Shown: positions 37,296-50,500 of the stretch, piece by piece | Position numbering within the stretch: the stretch's first letter is position 1 | Layout of the letters: every line of letters begins with the position of its first letter | Assembly: GCF_006345805.1 (NCBI RefSeq) | Contig: NC_042997.1 | Location: 118,854,001 to 118,918,000 of the forward strand | Source: Octopus sinensis | Taxonomy: Eukaryota | Length of the DNA: 64,000 nt | Reading direction: 5' to 3' | Translations under genes and position numbers: made by a program | Notes under the pieces: generated by a model | Databases searched by the model: none | Seen by the model: only the letters and a program-made list of their open reading frames with translations | Told to the model about the DNA's origin: nothing

Positions 37296-37490
37296 AGTTT
37301 CAAATTTTGGCAAAATACCATTAAGTTTAGTGGGACGTGCTAACTGATTGCGCTTAACTGGGATATCATTTCATCGATCTCCAAAGGACGAAAGGCGAAG
37401 TCGACTTCGCTGGCATTTGAACTCAGAATACAAAGAACCGAAAGAAAAAAAAAAAAGAGCCGCGCGGCATTTTGTCTCATCACTATCGGT
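37296..37490 (-). mobile_element. Diverged SINE family C
   Basis: GAAAGGCGAAGTCGACTTCGCTGGCATTTGAACTCAGAA core in reverse orientation. Confidence 0.65.
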
Positions 37491-38041
37491 TCTGATATAT
37501 CAATGTTCATAATTGGACTATATTTTTCAACCCTGTACAAATTCGTGCTATAAGTGACCAGAAAAATAAATTCCAGTCAAGTTACTTCATTTCTGTCCAC
37601 GAATAAATGACAAAATTAAAATAATCTAACGATTAATAAAAGCATACAGAAAGAGGACTTGGAATTGTTATCGGAAGACAGCCTAGAAACTAATGAAATA
37701 TTTTATGCATTTCATATTCAGAGGTATAATGGTCGTATATAAATTGTAGTTAAAGTTAAAGCAGAGACTAAAGATAATCTCCATACAAATGCCAACTGAC
37801 GTTAAATGCAATTGCGTAACATGTCGAGGTCTAAAGACAGGAAAGGTGATTATAATCCTACTTGTCGTGTTTAAGGACAATGAACTGTAACTACAAATGT
37901 TACAGAATAGAAGTTGTACGCATTTGTAATGCTAAGGAGTCGATATACGCTGTCTCATTAATTAATTCCCGTGCTTCCGTCTTGACATGTAATGCCATAG
38001 AATAATCTAAATTACAACATCGTCAACGACAACAGCAACCG

Positions 38042-38086
<45 letters not shown>

Positions 38087-40099
38087 TAATGGTGTCAATA
38101 GTACAATAGTAAAGAAGACGTAATACTAAAATTAAAGAAATGAACTTCACGTATAAAAGTACTCTAGCTTACCAAAATATTCCAGCCACATCTATTCCGA
38201 TAATCGTTGCTTAAACACCTTCAAGGTCATCACATTGTAATAACTTAGCACTAGTGAGAATAGATTATATTGGCAATCGGCCAATGGGTAATACAAGGAC
38301 ATATTTATTACTCTAAGCATAAACCGGTATGGCATACTCGGTCACTACTTCGATAAAAGTGAGTTTCAAGAAGAGATTATTTCACAGTGCATGTAAGCGA
38401 AATATTGCTAAGTCCTCTTTCCTACGAATAAAAAGTAGAAAAATATGTCACCCAAATACCAAGTACACGGTGACTATAAGGTTACTCATAAGTCAAAAGA
38501 GACACTAAACCGACGAAATATCGTAGAACAGAAGCCCATGAGAATTAGATTGTATACGCATATAAGAGCTTTCGTTCCGAAAACCAGCCACAGGAAATTC
38601 GTCGCCTCCATTTACTCCCATGTCAATCTCTAGGAAATAAAATTTGTTTATTATTAACATTTCTAGGTGTCTCTCACCAAATACAGACACACGAATATTG
38701 AACAGCGAAAATTTAGAACACGTGGTATCAAGTACCATACACTTGAATAACCGCTCACAACAACATAATATTTATGAGATAGTAAACATCACTGTTGCTA
38801 TATCTAAAACTGCGTATAATCGAACAAGACTATAATCGGAGACATTAAAGCTATAAGTATCTACATTTTTTTTATCTGCACGTAATCCTGCGTCACATGA
38901 ACCAAAATGTCCTTTGCTAAGACAGTAGCATGTGGTTTGAAGGCGATTTGATTGTCAGCTACAGTAGACCCAGCATAGACGTCCTGAGTCTCTTTCACTG
39001 GCTTCACTTTGCCAATAAATAAACAAGTGTAGGCTTTCTATGCATGAAACCCACGTTATTATGGTCGATAATGGATAATATTCTAAATAATGTATTGTAA
39101 TCACATTAGTGAATGACTGTTTCGCACTGACTAGTAAATTCGCTCTAAACATATTCATTGCTGACACTATTTAAGCAAATGATCAACCAACTGGAAAACA
39201 AACCATTAGCCACCAGTTTGTCCCCTTGCTCTCGTTCATTCATTTCATTTCTCTCTATTTTTACTAATATTACAACAGATAAAAATTAGTGTATTATGTT
39301 CCATCCAAATAAATATATTTACTGTGTGTCTAAATAGTCACACACAGATCCGGAACTGAAATCGTTAACCAATCTTGGAATGTAAACCTTCCATAAATAC
39401 CTCCTTGCTCATTGCTTTGTGGCCGATATATCGATCTGCAAAGGTAAATCAGGGCAGTAATCGTATCGCTCTGCAATGCAACTTGTTTTTGTTCTGTTGC
39501 AGAAAGTATTACAAAAATCATCCTTTCACAATGGGCATTAAAAACCTATACAAATGAAAGTTGTATATTTGTATTCCAAGTTGGAAAATAAAATCACAGT
39601 GGAAGAAAGAGTGGGGTCAGTGAATGATACTTCTAATTTATTAAATTATATATCTGTTTCTTTCTATCACGAAGAAATGTTTAATACTGGAGTTCATTTT
39701 ATGTTGTAAATGAAGCCCATCTCTTTAACGAATTAGTGATCATCGCAATATTAACGTTTAGATTCGGATAAGAAAAGTGACACTTGATGTTTTGAAAACA
39801 GCTTACAGATCCAAGTGCTACCTGTTGAAAGCTCCGCATACCAGATGACATCAAGTTTCAGTTGAGAATGCCTATTTCTCAACGGCCTACTTCTGGGGGC
39901 CTACTTTTCGACGGCATCATTGCGCAACGGCTCCCATCGCTGAAATGAGACCCCGCTTGCTAGATCAACAGGTTATCAGATTTAGCTCAATATTCTTCTA
40001 GTAATTGCTCATCGTCTCTTTAAAAATATATGCATATACATACATATACTTATACATACACACACATATACAGGTACGCACACACACACACACACACAC

Positions 40100-40158
<59 letters not shown>

Positions 40159-40310
40159 ATAGTAAGAAAAGGGAGAAGAATTTCGATTATCAAGACATGG
40201 TGAGTTGTAATGTAAAAAAAAATATATATATATGAAAGAAAAGAAGTAAAATGAACACAGTTTAAATAGTTTTAATATAATTTTTGACATATTTAATGAG
40301 TAAAAGTGCA

Positions 40311-40467
40311 TTGTGTGTCGACCGGTTTCACTTTCGCTAGTCAAGACATTGAAATTGTTGTAATTTCGCATTTTCTTAACATGGACTAAGATATTCTTTG
40401 GAAAATACGAAATTACAACAATCTCAATGTGATGATTAGCGAAAGCGAAACCGGTTGACAAACACAA
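40311..40467. repeat. Inverted pair (~58-bp arms) of minimal hammerhead-like motifs
   Basis: 40311-40368 is the reverse complement of 40408-40467. Consensus TGTC-(C)TGATGA-CTAGC-GAAA-GC-GAAAC-CG-GTC-GACA. Confidence 0.6.
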
Positions 40468-40489
40468 TACTCTGTCACTGAAACAAGTA

Positions 40490-41015
40490 AAAAAGTAAAA
40501 AGACTAAAGAGTAATTACTGTATCGTTCATATTCTGTTGCCGCCAGTTTTATCGAGATCAAGCGAATTTTCATCTCGTCTTCCGGATCTTTATATTCTTT
40601 CTCGAAGATTTGCTCATGCCTCCTGTAGTATGCTTCGAAGGTAACTCCTTCGTCAGGTTTGTATTTGAACTCTGTTATGGAGTTCGAGAAGACCTTTTCT
40701 GAATTTCCTGACGACTTCCGTAATTGCCGCATTTGTTGCTGTAAAATTTGTTGTTGTTGCTTCTGCTGTTATTGTCTTTCAGTTGTTGCTTCAGTTGTTT
40801 TTGCATACAGATGTAGCGGCTGCTGTTATATTCTATAAATGTTGGATTGCTATAACACCAACTTCAGTATACAATATACCTAGTGAGACCAGTAAAGACA
40901 CGACTATCTCTGACCGCCTACTACCTACTCCGGTACATCCCTTTACTTATAGTGACCATGTTATTCTATTCGTCTCGTGGGAGGGGTGTACCATCATTAC
41001 TTATTCCATACAACA
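40490..41015 (-). mobile_element. Gypsy-type LTR retrotransposon remnant: putative LTR (40824-41015) plus gag N-terminus
   Basis: TGTT...AACA termini; downstream Q-rich stretch then FSNSITEFKYKPDEGVTFEAYYRRHEQIF...KIRLISIKLAATEYERYSNY, resembling invertebrate Gypsy gag (TFxxWxxRYExIF). Confidence 0.65.
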
Positions 41016-41106
41016 CTGACATACATATAAAAATACACACATACATATATAAATGTAGTCAAACCTAACATAAAAAATATGTATACACATATATATATAT
41101 ATATAT

Positions 41107-41157
<51 letters not shown>

Positions 41158-41247
41158 CCTACATATACATACAGATATACGTTCATTTATATACTCCCAT
41201 CCATGTATATATATATATACATATGTATATAGCTCTCTATCTATCTA

Positions 41248-41285
<38 letters not shown>

Positions 41286-41807
41286 CGTACATACACGATA
41301 CAGATATGCGTATACACATATACATGCATTAACACACACGCACACATGCACACACACACACACACACATAAACATATACATATTTATATATGCATACACA
41401 CAACCACTCACACATACACACATGTTATTTTGAATGGAACTTATCAAGTGTCGTTTTAATAGCCTGTTGAAGAAGGCTGCTTCAATAAATCACCGGAAAA
41501 AAGAAGAATATCGAATATAAATGAAGTATGACAATATGATATATGGAACATCTTGGTGCCATGACTGAGTGTTATTACAAAGTGTTACACCTACTAAAAT
41601 ATGACTTCTAATGCAATATCCTCTGCGGTATTCTTTTACATATTATTTCGGTAAGAAACACCTGGTGTAAGAAACGCACAATCACACACACCTCGCACAC
41701 ACACGTATAGATCTATACATCTATATTTCTATCATTATCCATATCAATAATTTTCTATTTGTCTGTCACTTTGTCAGTCTGTCTGTCTTTGTGTGACTGC
41801 CTGTCTT

Positions 41808-41932
<125 letters not shown>

Positions 41933-41944
41933 CTGTCATTCTTC

Positions 41945-42885
41945 TCATTAGTCTGGCAGATGAACAGGGGCGTGATTTACTCGAGCCTGAAAAGATATGT
42001 AAGGCCTTTCATCAACAATTTGCCCGACTGTTCGGGACAACTGGTGGTTCAGAAGGCAAAGTGGACGTTAGTGCCTACCTGCATAGCTTGCCACCACTCT
42101 CAGCGACAGAGGCGGAGTGTTGTGAAAGAGCCGTCACAGCCGCGGACGGACGGGATGCGATGGCAGGCTGCGCGGGAGACAAGTCGGCAGGCTTGGATGG
42201 TCTGCCCTACGGACTTTACTTTCATACGTTAGACTTGTTTAGAGGTATCTTGGCAGCTCTCTACTGCAACTAGCACCAAAACGGGATTATCCCCGTCTCT
42301 GTAAAGCGAGATGCGCCGGCACTACTAAAGAAATATCCAAACAAGTAGAATGTCATAGATAACTTCAGGCCCATCACCCTTCTCCATGCAGATTTGAAGA
42401 TTTTGGTCAATGTGTTAGCCAAGATGTTTGCGCTTGTCATAGGGGAAACTGGCCGAGAAGACGCAAACGTGCGCTGTGCCAGGTAGACGTATCCCTGACA
42501 ACCACCATCCGATGCGCTGCATCAAACACAGTGTAGTTTGGATCACTCGAACGCTTTCGCTAGGGTAGACCATCGCTACTTGGAGGCTGTCCTTAGAACG
42601 GCTGGCTTAGGTCCGTCTCCCGCGGTAGAATCGCTGCTTTATACAGCACCATCCGCTTGGTAGTTCGCTTAGATGATCATCTGTCCAGTCCATTTGACAT
42701 CATGCGTTCGGTTCGTCAACGATACCCCTTCTCGTCGCTTTTGTGCGTATTGACTTTTGAATCACTACTGCGGTTGCTGTCGACGCTGAATGGCATATGC
42801 GGACGACGTCACCGTCATTGTGTCGAGTCACAGGCATATAGACCTGGTCGTCGAGACACTAAGAGAATGCAAAGCGGAAAACGGA
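41945..42885 (+). mobile_element. Degraded internal Tx1 ORF2 (RT) fragment
   Basis: YLHSLPPLSATEAECCERAVT, DKSAGLDGLPYGLY, NFRPITLLHADLKIL, AFARVDHRYL, MRSVRQRYPFSSLL and AYADD parallel the 27100-28000 region of the intact element. Confidence 0.85.
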
Positions 42886-43476
42886 GAAATATTTATTGCC
42901 ACCCGGCAACGAACAGCAAGCACTAGTACTAGACACGTCAACGCCGGGTCATAGTGCTGGTAATTATTATATATATATTGAAACATATACTTCTAATGAT
43001 ACGTATATGAGTACATATAAATATATTCAACCATATATGAGTGTATGTACATACACACACACGTGTATGTGCATGCTCGCATATATTTAAATATCTGTGT
43101 GTGTGCATGTGTGTCTACGTTTGCATATATATATATATATATGTATGTATGTACATAAGTTATGTTTAGTCTTCGAAAAACGTGGTATATTAATAAGCTG
43201 AAGTAAAAACTTTAATGTTTAGGATTATTTTAAAAGCAATGAATATTATTATAACTAAGATGGATGATTGTGAGTCTACAACAGAACACCTTATTAAATG
43301 CATCGCTTCTTCATAAAATATGTATGCTGAAGAAAGTCGTAAAGTTGAATAAAGAAATAACAATTTAGCGTCCTCAATCAGGTTGTTTCTATTTTTAATA
43401 ATAGTTTATGCATTATTTACTGCTGTGTGACCAAGTTATATTTCATAAATACCTATTGAAAGTGACTCTTTTACTT

Positions 43477-43835
43477 CTTTCAGTCATTTGACTGCGGCCA
43501 TGTTGTTGCACCGCTTGGAGTCGAGGAAATCGACCCCAGGACATATTATTTGTAAGCCTAGTACTTATTCGATCGGTTTCTTTGCCGAACCGCTAAGTTA
43601 CGGGGACGTAAACACGTCAGCATCGGTTGTCAAGCGATGTTGGATATGGGGTACAAACACAGACACACAAACACATACACATATACATATATACGACTGT
43701 CTTCTTTCAGATTGCATTTACCAAATCCACTCAGAAGGCTTTGGTCGGCCCTTGGCTATAGTAGAAGACACTTGCCCAAGTTTCCACGACGCAGCGGGGC
43801 TGAACCCGGAACCATGCTTGTTATGCAAGCTAGTT
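43477..43835 (-). mobile_element. SINE family B
   Basis: Reverse complement of the family B head and tail. Confidence 0.85.
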
Positions 43836-44239
43836 AATTTCATTTTATTTGCCATAAAGGCAGTATACAGAGTAGCTGCGGGCTGGATAAAACACATTAA
43901 TGAATGAAAACGAATTAAAAAGAATAAATGAGAGACGAAACCCAACACCCGCTGATTGGATTTTCCTCGAAAACATAGATTCCTTTTTTAAAAAATTCAA
44001 TGACACTTCAAACCTCTTACAAGAAGGAGGCACTAAAACCTCTTACTTAACATGTTTTTTTTAATTAAAAAACACACAATTGAGGTTATAAACCACTACA
44101 TATAATGCAATAAGATGAGGTTTCAAACCATCTAACGAGGCTTTTTCACCTCCTACACATCGATACATCCATCAATATACCCATCATTATCATCCCACCA
44201 TTTCCCACGCTTGACTCATGTACGACATGTAAGTCGTGT

Positions 44240-44640
44240 AAGGGCCACCCGGCCATATGCGACATTCCGCTTCAAATTTTTTAAGCTTTTTCCCACACGG
44301 GATACCTTATGACATCCATAGCGATCTGTGGAGGCCATTCGGGATCCCGTGTGAAGGCCATATCTACTGTCTCTTTATGTTCTTCTACTATTTTCCCCAC
44401 CTTCCTACCCTTGTAGAAAAAGATAATTAATTCATCATATTTAAGGGTGGGCGTCGTTTTTTCCACCGTCGATGGCACAACTTCGGGACATGCAGACGCC
44501 ACATCATCTTCCACCTGCAATGGACCGTTCTTCATTCTATTTTTTTCTTTTCTTCCTGACTTCGGGAGAGTGGAGCTCTTTCGCTTTGTCCGGAGTCTCT
44601 CCCCCACCTCTTCCTTTTTAATCCTTTTTTGGGTTGAGGA
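44240..44640 (-). mobile_element. Possible LINE ORF1-like coding fragment (unassigned)
   Basis: ~120 codons open, GC-richer, charged low-complexity sequence followed by a globular-looking segment (IIFFYKGRKVGKIVEEHKETVDMAF), similar in layout to the Tx1 ORF1 C-terminus. No diagnostic motif. Confidence 0.3.
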
Positions 44641-44786
44641 TATATATGACAATAAATGAATTAATACTAAAAAAATGTTCGCATGCACATGTACACTCGG
44701 ACGCACAAACTATCTCTTTCGCTTTCAGCTATGCGCATAGATATATATGTATATGAATATATGCATGTATATACAAACACATATAC

Positions 44787-44827
<41 letters not shown>

Positions 44828-44902
44828 TCCTCCTTTCTTTCTTTCTTTCTTTCTTTATTTATTTCTCTGTGTGTGTGTGTGTGTCTCTCTCTCTCAGTAT
44901 AT

Positions 44903-44940
<38 letters not shown>

Positions 44941-45450
44941 ACACACACACACACATGCACACATATATACTAGACTGCCCGTGACCCGTTAGACCACCTG
45001 GAAAGTCTGAGTCCCCCAGCAACGGTGTTTTGTTTTATGAGATTTTTCCCTTCCAGGTTATTTTACATGCTTTGAACGAATGCGACATCGAAATCACACG
45101 TAAACGGCTCCTTTCCCAGGAAAACGAAAGATTTGGCTGCTATTTCTTTCACACCCTGCTAACACGTAACAGGTATTTCGGGTCGTTTATCGCAAACAGC
45201 TGTTACGTGAGAGCAGGGCGTACAAGAAATAGCAGCGAAATCTTTGGAACTGAGATGCGTTGAATGCACACGAAAAAATATTTGTTATGATATTCCCTTC
45301 GGGTGATCTTTGGCTTTGACTCTCAGAACTGTCATTCGGATCAGCTGGTTTTGTTCGTTAATTTCCGTAATGTTTTATTTATATAATTTTATTTTAAAGT
45401 GATAGATGTATGAACGTCTATATGAAATGGACGTATTTGTGTATGTGTGT

Positions 45451-45487
<37 letters not shown>

Positions 45488-46572
45488 AGAAAGAGCCACT
45501 CACACGTACATAAATATACACACACGTCCACTCATTCACATTCTCTCTATCTCTCTCAGAGACACACGTACACACAAATAAGTTGTACGCATAAGTATTG
45601 ATGTACGTACGTATACGTGACAACACACTCGTTCTCTCTTTCTCTCTCTATGTCTCTCTCTCTTCCTCATTCTTACTCGCCCCCGTCTCTCTCTTTCACA
45701 CACCATTTCATATACACAGTAAGCGATATTGTTTCATATCAGCACTGATTTCAGATTTAATCAATCTTCATCAGTGACCCATTACTCCGTCGTCGAACGT
45801 TAAAGAACCTAATATGACCATCCAAGTCTGACCATAGCTCTCATCGTGCACGTAGCTACGTGCTGCAATCTGTTGGTGCGCTGCAGAAGTAGTCCGGCCA
45901 CTTTTTGATACAACCTATTTATACATACAGACAGACACACAAACACACACACTCATACAGACGCGTCACACACAAAGACTCACACACGCACACGCACACA
46001 CACACATAAGTAATTTGCATTTTCGTTATTGATAGGTTTAAAAAATGTATTTTACCTTTGAGAAATAAATAACATCTAATATACAGAGCATTTCAATTTG
46101 AGCTCCATGTAACATAAAAAAATACTGGTGGTTGGGCTATCTCTTTTAAAAGTTACGTACGTGTAAGCCAATGTAAACCTTTCTTTTCGATTTCCCTATC
46201 TTGTAGCACTGCTGTGACTTCGGCTTCATAAGCCACTGAGCTGATCATGCATCCCTGTTTGTGAGGGCAAACAAATTGAATCTCAACAGTTACAACTATA
46301 ACGAGACGACTGTGGGTCAGAAGAGGCATAACATCTTTTATGAATTTAGCAACGCCTACCAAACTATTTGCTTCTTGGTAGGAATATATTTTCTGAATAT
46401 TGTTTGCAGCAATAAGAAAAATACTCCGAAATCGGAATTCTTACTGCTCAGATAACATCTGAATCTATTCCACATAGTGGAGTTTACTAAATCGTCCAAT
46501 GGTAACATGATAATAAGATGGACGGGGATTAGCCCTACGTTCCAGTGACAATTTTATTAGTATAATTTCGTG

Positions 46573-46805
46573 ATTAACTCCTCTCTACCAATGTAAAAAC
46601 GGTGATGGTGCGAAGAAACACACGACGAATCGCCAAACTTAAACATGGAACTATATAATAATACTACTGGATAGTACTGGGCAATTCTGTAATCTACCAC
46701 GTTCCTAACGGAATATACCATAAGTATATATATAATTGTATTATATATATATATATATATATATATACAAACATACATATATCTATATCTATCTATCCAT
46801 GTATG

Positions 46806-46855
<50 letters not shown>

Positions 46856-47042
46856 ATTATATATATACTTATGGTATATTCCATTAGGAACGTGGTAGAG
46901 TACAGTATAAAACGTGTCCACCTTCAGAATTGCCCAGTACTATCCAGTAGTATTATTATATAGTTCCAAGTTTAAGTTTGGCGATTCATCGTGTGTTTCT
47001 TTGCACCATAACCCTTTTTACATTGTGTAGAGAGGAGTTAAT
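46573..47042. mobile_element. Foldback: ~165-185-bp inverted arms around a (TA)n spacer
   Basis: 46573-46738 is the reverse complement of 46853-47042; ends read TTAACTCCTCTCT / AGAGAGGAGTTAA. Confidence 0.75.
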
Positions 47043-47060
47043 ATATATATATATATATAT

Positions 47061-47146
47061 ACGCATATTTGCCATTTGAATATGGCTAACCCCTAAGGTA
47101 GCATCCTCCATTAGGGATTAGCCATATTCAAATGGCAAATATGCGT
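47061..47146. repeat. Near-perfect hairpin: 36-bp arms (35/36 match), 14-nt loop
   Basis: ACGCATATTTGCCATTTGAATATGGCTAACCCCTAA ... TTAGGGATTAGCCATATTCAAATGGCAAATATGCGT. Confidence 0.9.
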
Positions 47147-47218
47147 CACGATGTGTTACCGCTACTGTTTATAACTCTCTCTGAGATTTATCATATATAT
47201 ATATATATATATATATGC

Positions 47219-47370
47219 TCCGGGCTTCTTACTGATTCCGTCTACCATATCCACTCATGAGGCTTTGGTCGGCCCAAGGCTATAATAGAAAACAGTCGCT
47301 CAGGGTGCCACGCAGTGAGACCAAACCCAGAACCATATGCTTGGGAGGCAAACGTGTTACAAGACTTTCA
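47219..47370 (-). mobile_element. SINE family B 5' part
   Basis: GGGCTTCT..TTCCGTCTACC..CCACTCA..GGCTTTGGTCGGCCC..GGTGCCACGCAGTG. Confidence 0.7.
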
Positions 47371-48757
47371 CGTCTGAAGAAATTGAAGACAAAATTTAAT
47401 TTTATCGAGATTCAGAGAAAACGACGCTGCCCTCCCTGAAATTTTATAATATGCTATCTTGTAATTAAACAGCAAAAGTAGTTTAGCGTTGGTGACAGTT
47501 CCGGATGTTTAAATTCCTAGCAGAAATAATACTCAGCCGATGCAAAAGTTATTACAATGAGCCTTCGATATAAAGTACCCATGTTAATATTTTGATCTAC
47601 AGAGACCCATTATCAGAATTATAAGCTGTTGCATTTTTTTAAATATATAATTACAAGAAACTACTTGTAAACTCGCTATAGTTAAAACTGATGTCCTATA
47701 CTTCATTTCAATTATCTCTCATTATTTTTTCTAACTTTTCAATTAGAAAATATGCTTCACTTGAATATGTTGAAAATCATTTTCCCTTCTTAATATGCAA
47801 GTGTTCATGCGCTCTTCTTTAAACATCAAAGAAAGAGTAAGTGCTTCTAAACGTGATTCTTTGCGACTAACAGAACAAATTACGAAAACACTAATGTATT
47901 ATCACTTCAAATTACAATCAGAATGAATGTTAAGTAACTCATCGATATTAATCAAAGCATTAACACTCCACAAAACGCTAAAGAACTGCGATGTGTTTTA
48001 CGTTTATTTTATATTTTCGGTGTCTTCTCGTTAATTTTTACCATCCAAAAGAAATGATTGAGCTAGAAAAGATAAAGAACACTTGGGAATCGTTTTATTC
48101 TTGAGAATGTTAGCATTTCCTCATTATTGTCGCTAAAGTTATGTTTTCCCTTACTAAATAATCAACACAGGAATCTACAAAGGAGGAGCAATGATGCATA
48201 AAAGCAACAAATTAGAAAAGACCAAGTCTCTCATTAATTAGATCGGCATTAGTTCCTGAGGTAGGAAAATCAATATTTATTCAGGAAACTAGATGAAACG
48301 AGGAACGAAGACTAGAAATCGCGAGAATAATTAAGAAAATAGAAGGAAAATTAGCGACAACAACAATAACTATCACTCGTGCAGCTCCTTGATTATATTT
48401 AGTTTTAAGCAAATGACGTAATTCGCAATTACTCTAATGAATGTCAATGTTCCCTGTCTTATATTTATAAAATCGTGTGGAAACGATTTAACATCATCAG
48501 AGATGCATACACTCAATATGTATCGTATGTGTGTGACAGTATGTGTAGAAAAGATACAAGAGTGTTTGATGGTCCAAGGATTTCGTGTCAAAGTACTCAA
48601 CCGGTGTTAAGAGTTCATGGGTAACTATAAAACGAGCCAATCAGAAACACCCATGTAGAATATTAATCAAATCTCTCTGTGGATATTTGTATGTTTAGAT
48701 ATTGAGAAAATGAGTATCCGATACATGATGTATACGGGGTATATGTTATGTAATGCG

Positions 48758-48795
<38 letters not shown>

Positions 48796-48798
<3 letters not shown>

Positions 48799-49298
48799 AC
48801 TTATAAACAAGGGCTAAAGAAGATTATTTCTATGCCAATATGCTGATAAAAGACTTTTAAATCGTCAATTTCCACATATTATTTACTCGCTACAGAAAAC
48901 ACGTACGGACTGGTAACCACTATAAGCTGTAGTGGAGAGCAGTTCACACGTGTACTGAGGCTAACCAGTATTTTATATTTAGATATATCTGGGGTACTTA
49001 TATGTACTAATGATTTTTACTTCGGCTTTTTTCCATGGGCGCATGTAAGTATTTCATTTATGTCTTTTCGTATTTTCTACTAAAGAGCAAAAAATCTATT
49101 ATGAGATTAATTCCGAAATTGATTCAACATAGAAATAACGAACTTAAAAAAAAATATTTGGTTGGCAAGCTTTCCTCGATTTCAGCTCTACGTGTTTTCT
49201 GTAGCGAGTAAATAATATATGGAAATTGGCGATTTGAAAGTCTGTTATCAGCATATTGGCATAGAAATAATTTTGTTTAGCCTTTATTTAGAAGTTGT
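48796..49298. mobile_element. MITE with ~110-bp terminal inverted repeats
   Basis: 48796-48905 is the reverse complement of 49189-49298 (TTATTTCTATGCCAATATGCTGATAA / TTATCAGCATATTGGCATAGAAATAA). Confidence 0.8.
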
Positions 49299-49390
49299 TT
49301 ATAATTTTAACGTTAAACGTACTTTAATATGCTGCCACATTTTTTGATGAAATTTTTTTCTGTAAAAAAAACATCATCCTATATTAGTAG

Positions 49391-49430
<40 letters not shown>

Positions 49431-50360
49431 GAACGCGCACATCAAATATGTAGTAGGTCATATAATATTGATTACGATCTGGCATTCTTTTGCGAGCCAT
49501 TACTTTCCAGATTTATATTCTTTCGACATGGGAAAAACGTGATGCACTCTACCTTGGAAGACTCTCTCGTAGTATGAGTTGAGTCACGTGCCTTAAACTA
49601 GTAAACAATGGTTTTTGATTTTTGTACAAAGTCAACATTTCGAGGTGAGAGGTGTCGTCGATAATATTAAGCCTGGTACATGATTTTTGCTTTAATTCAT
49701 AGACCCTCAAGTTATGAAAGACAATGAGACTGAACATAACATAAACATCCGGAGAAAAACGAGACATATTACCCGGCTGTCAAACTATTTTTCCGTCTTA
49801 AATTACTAAATAATAAAATCATTTGCACAAAGAAATAACGGAGAGGTCTGGCAGCATTATTACGAAGTTAGCATCACAGTCACGTTGTGCAGCGTTCCCT
49901 GCAAATGAACAGTACCTAATATAGGTGCCTTATTCTAGGGTGTACACAAAACCCTCCCTGATTTCACGATGTTATGATATTTAAACTAATTCAAATATAG
50001 TGATAAACATGTTATAAGCTGATTCTCTAACAATAGTTATTTTATTTTTTTCACGTGATTAGTATTCCTTGACATGAAAACCACAGGGGTGCAAGTAAAT
50101 CTAAAAATATACGTGTGTGTGTATACACATAAGTACATGCATACACACACATACCTCACACACACACATCCAGAAACACACACGCATGTATATATATACA
50201 CAAATATTGGACAACATAATGGAAATACCATTATACATTTATCTACTTTATCTATTGGCAATATGACAAATACGTTCAAAGTGTGGTAATCTGTACATAT
50301 CTTATCGTATACATTGTATATGTCTTGTACTTCATGATACCCTGTTCTCATTTACAGATA

Positions 50361-50408
<48 letters not shown>

Positions 50409-50437
50409 TGGCGAAATGTGAAAACTTCCTCATTTCC

Positions 50438-50500
50438 AAAGCTGACAAATTGCTGGAGGAAATATGATAGGAATTGAATTTCAGGCACGAAACCTACTGA
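50438..50500 (+). ncRNA. Decayed hammerhead-like motif next to (TA)n
   Basis: AG-CTGACAA-..TGCTGGA..TTCAGGCA-C-GAAAC-CTA-CT. Confidence 0.3.

Noticed and set aside
39780-39960. Possible mariner-type MITE fragment
   Set aside because: No partner TIR or TSD found in the window.
44968-45370. Helitron-like end (ATACTAG next to a GC-rich patch)
   Set aside because: No clear subterminal hairpin or matching other end; cannot be supported without a library search.
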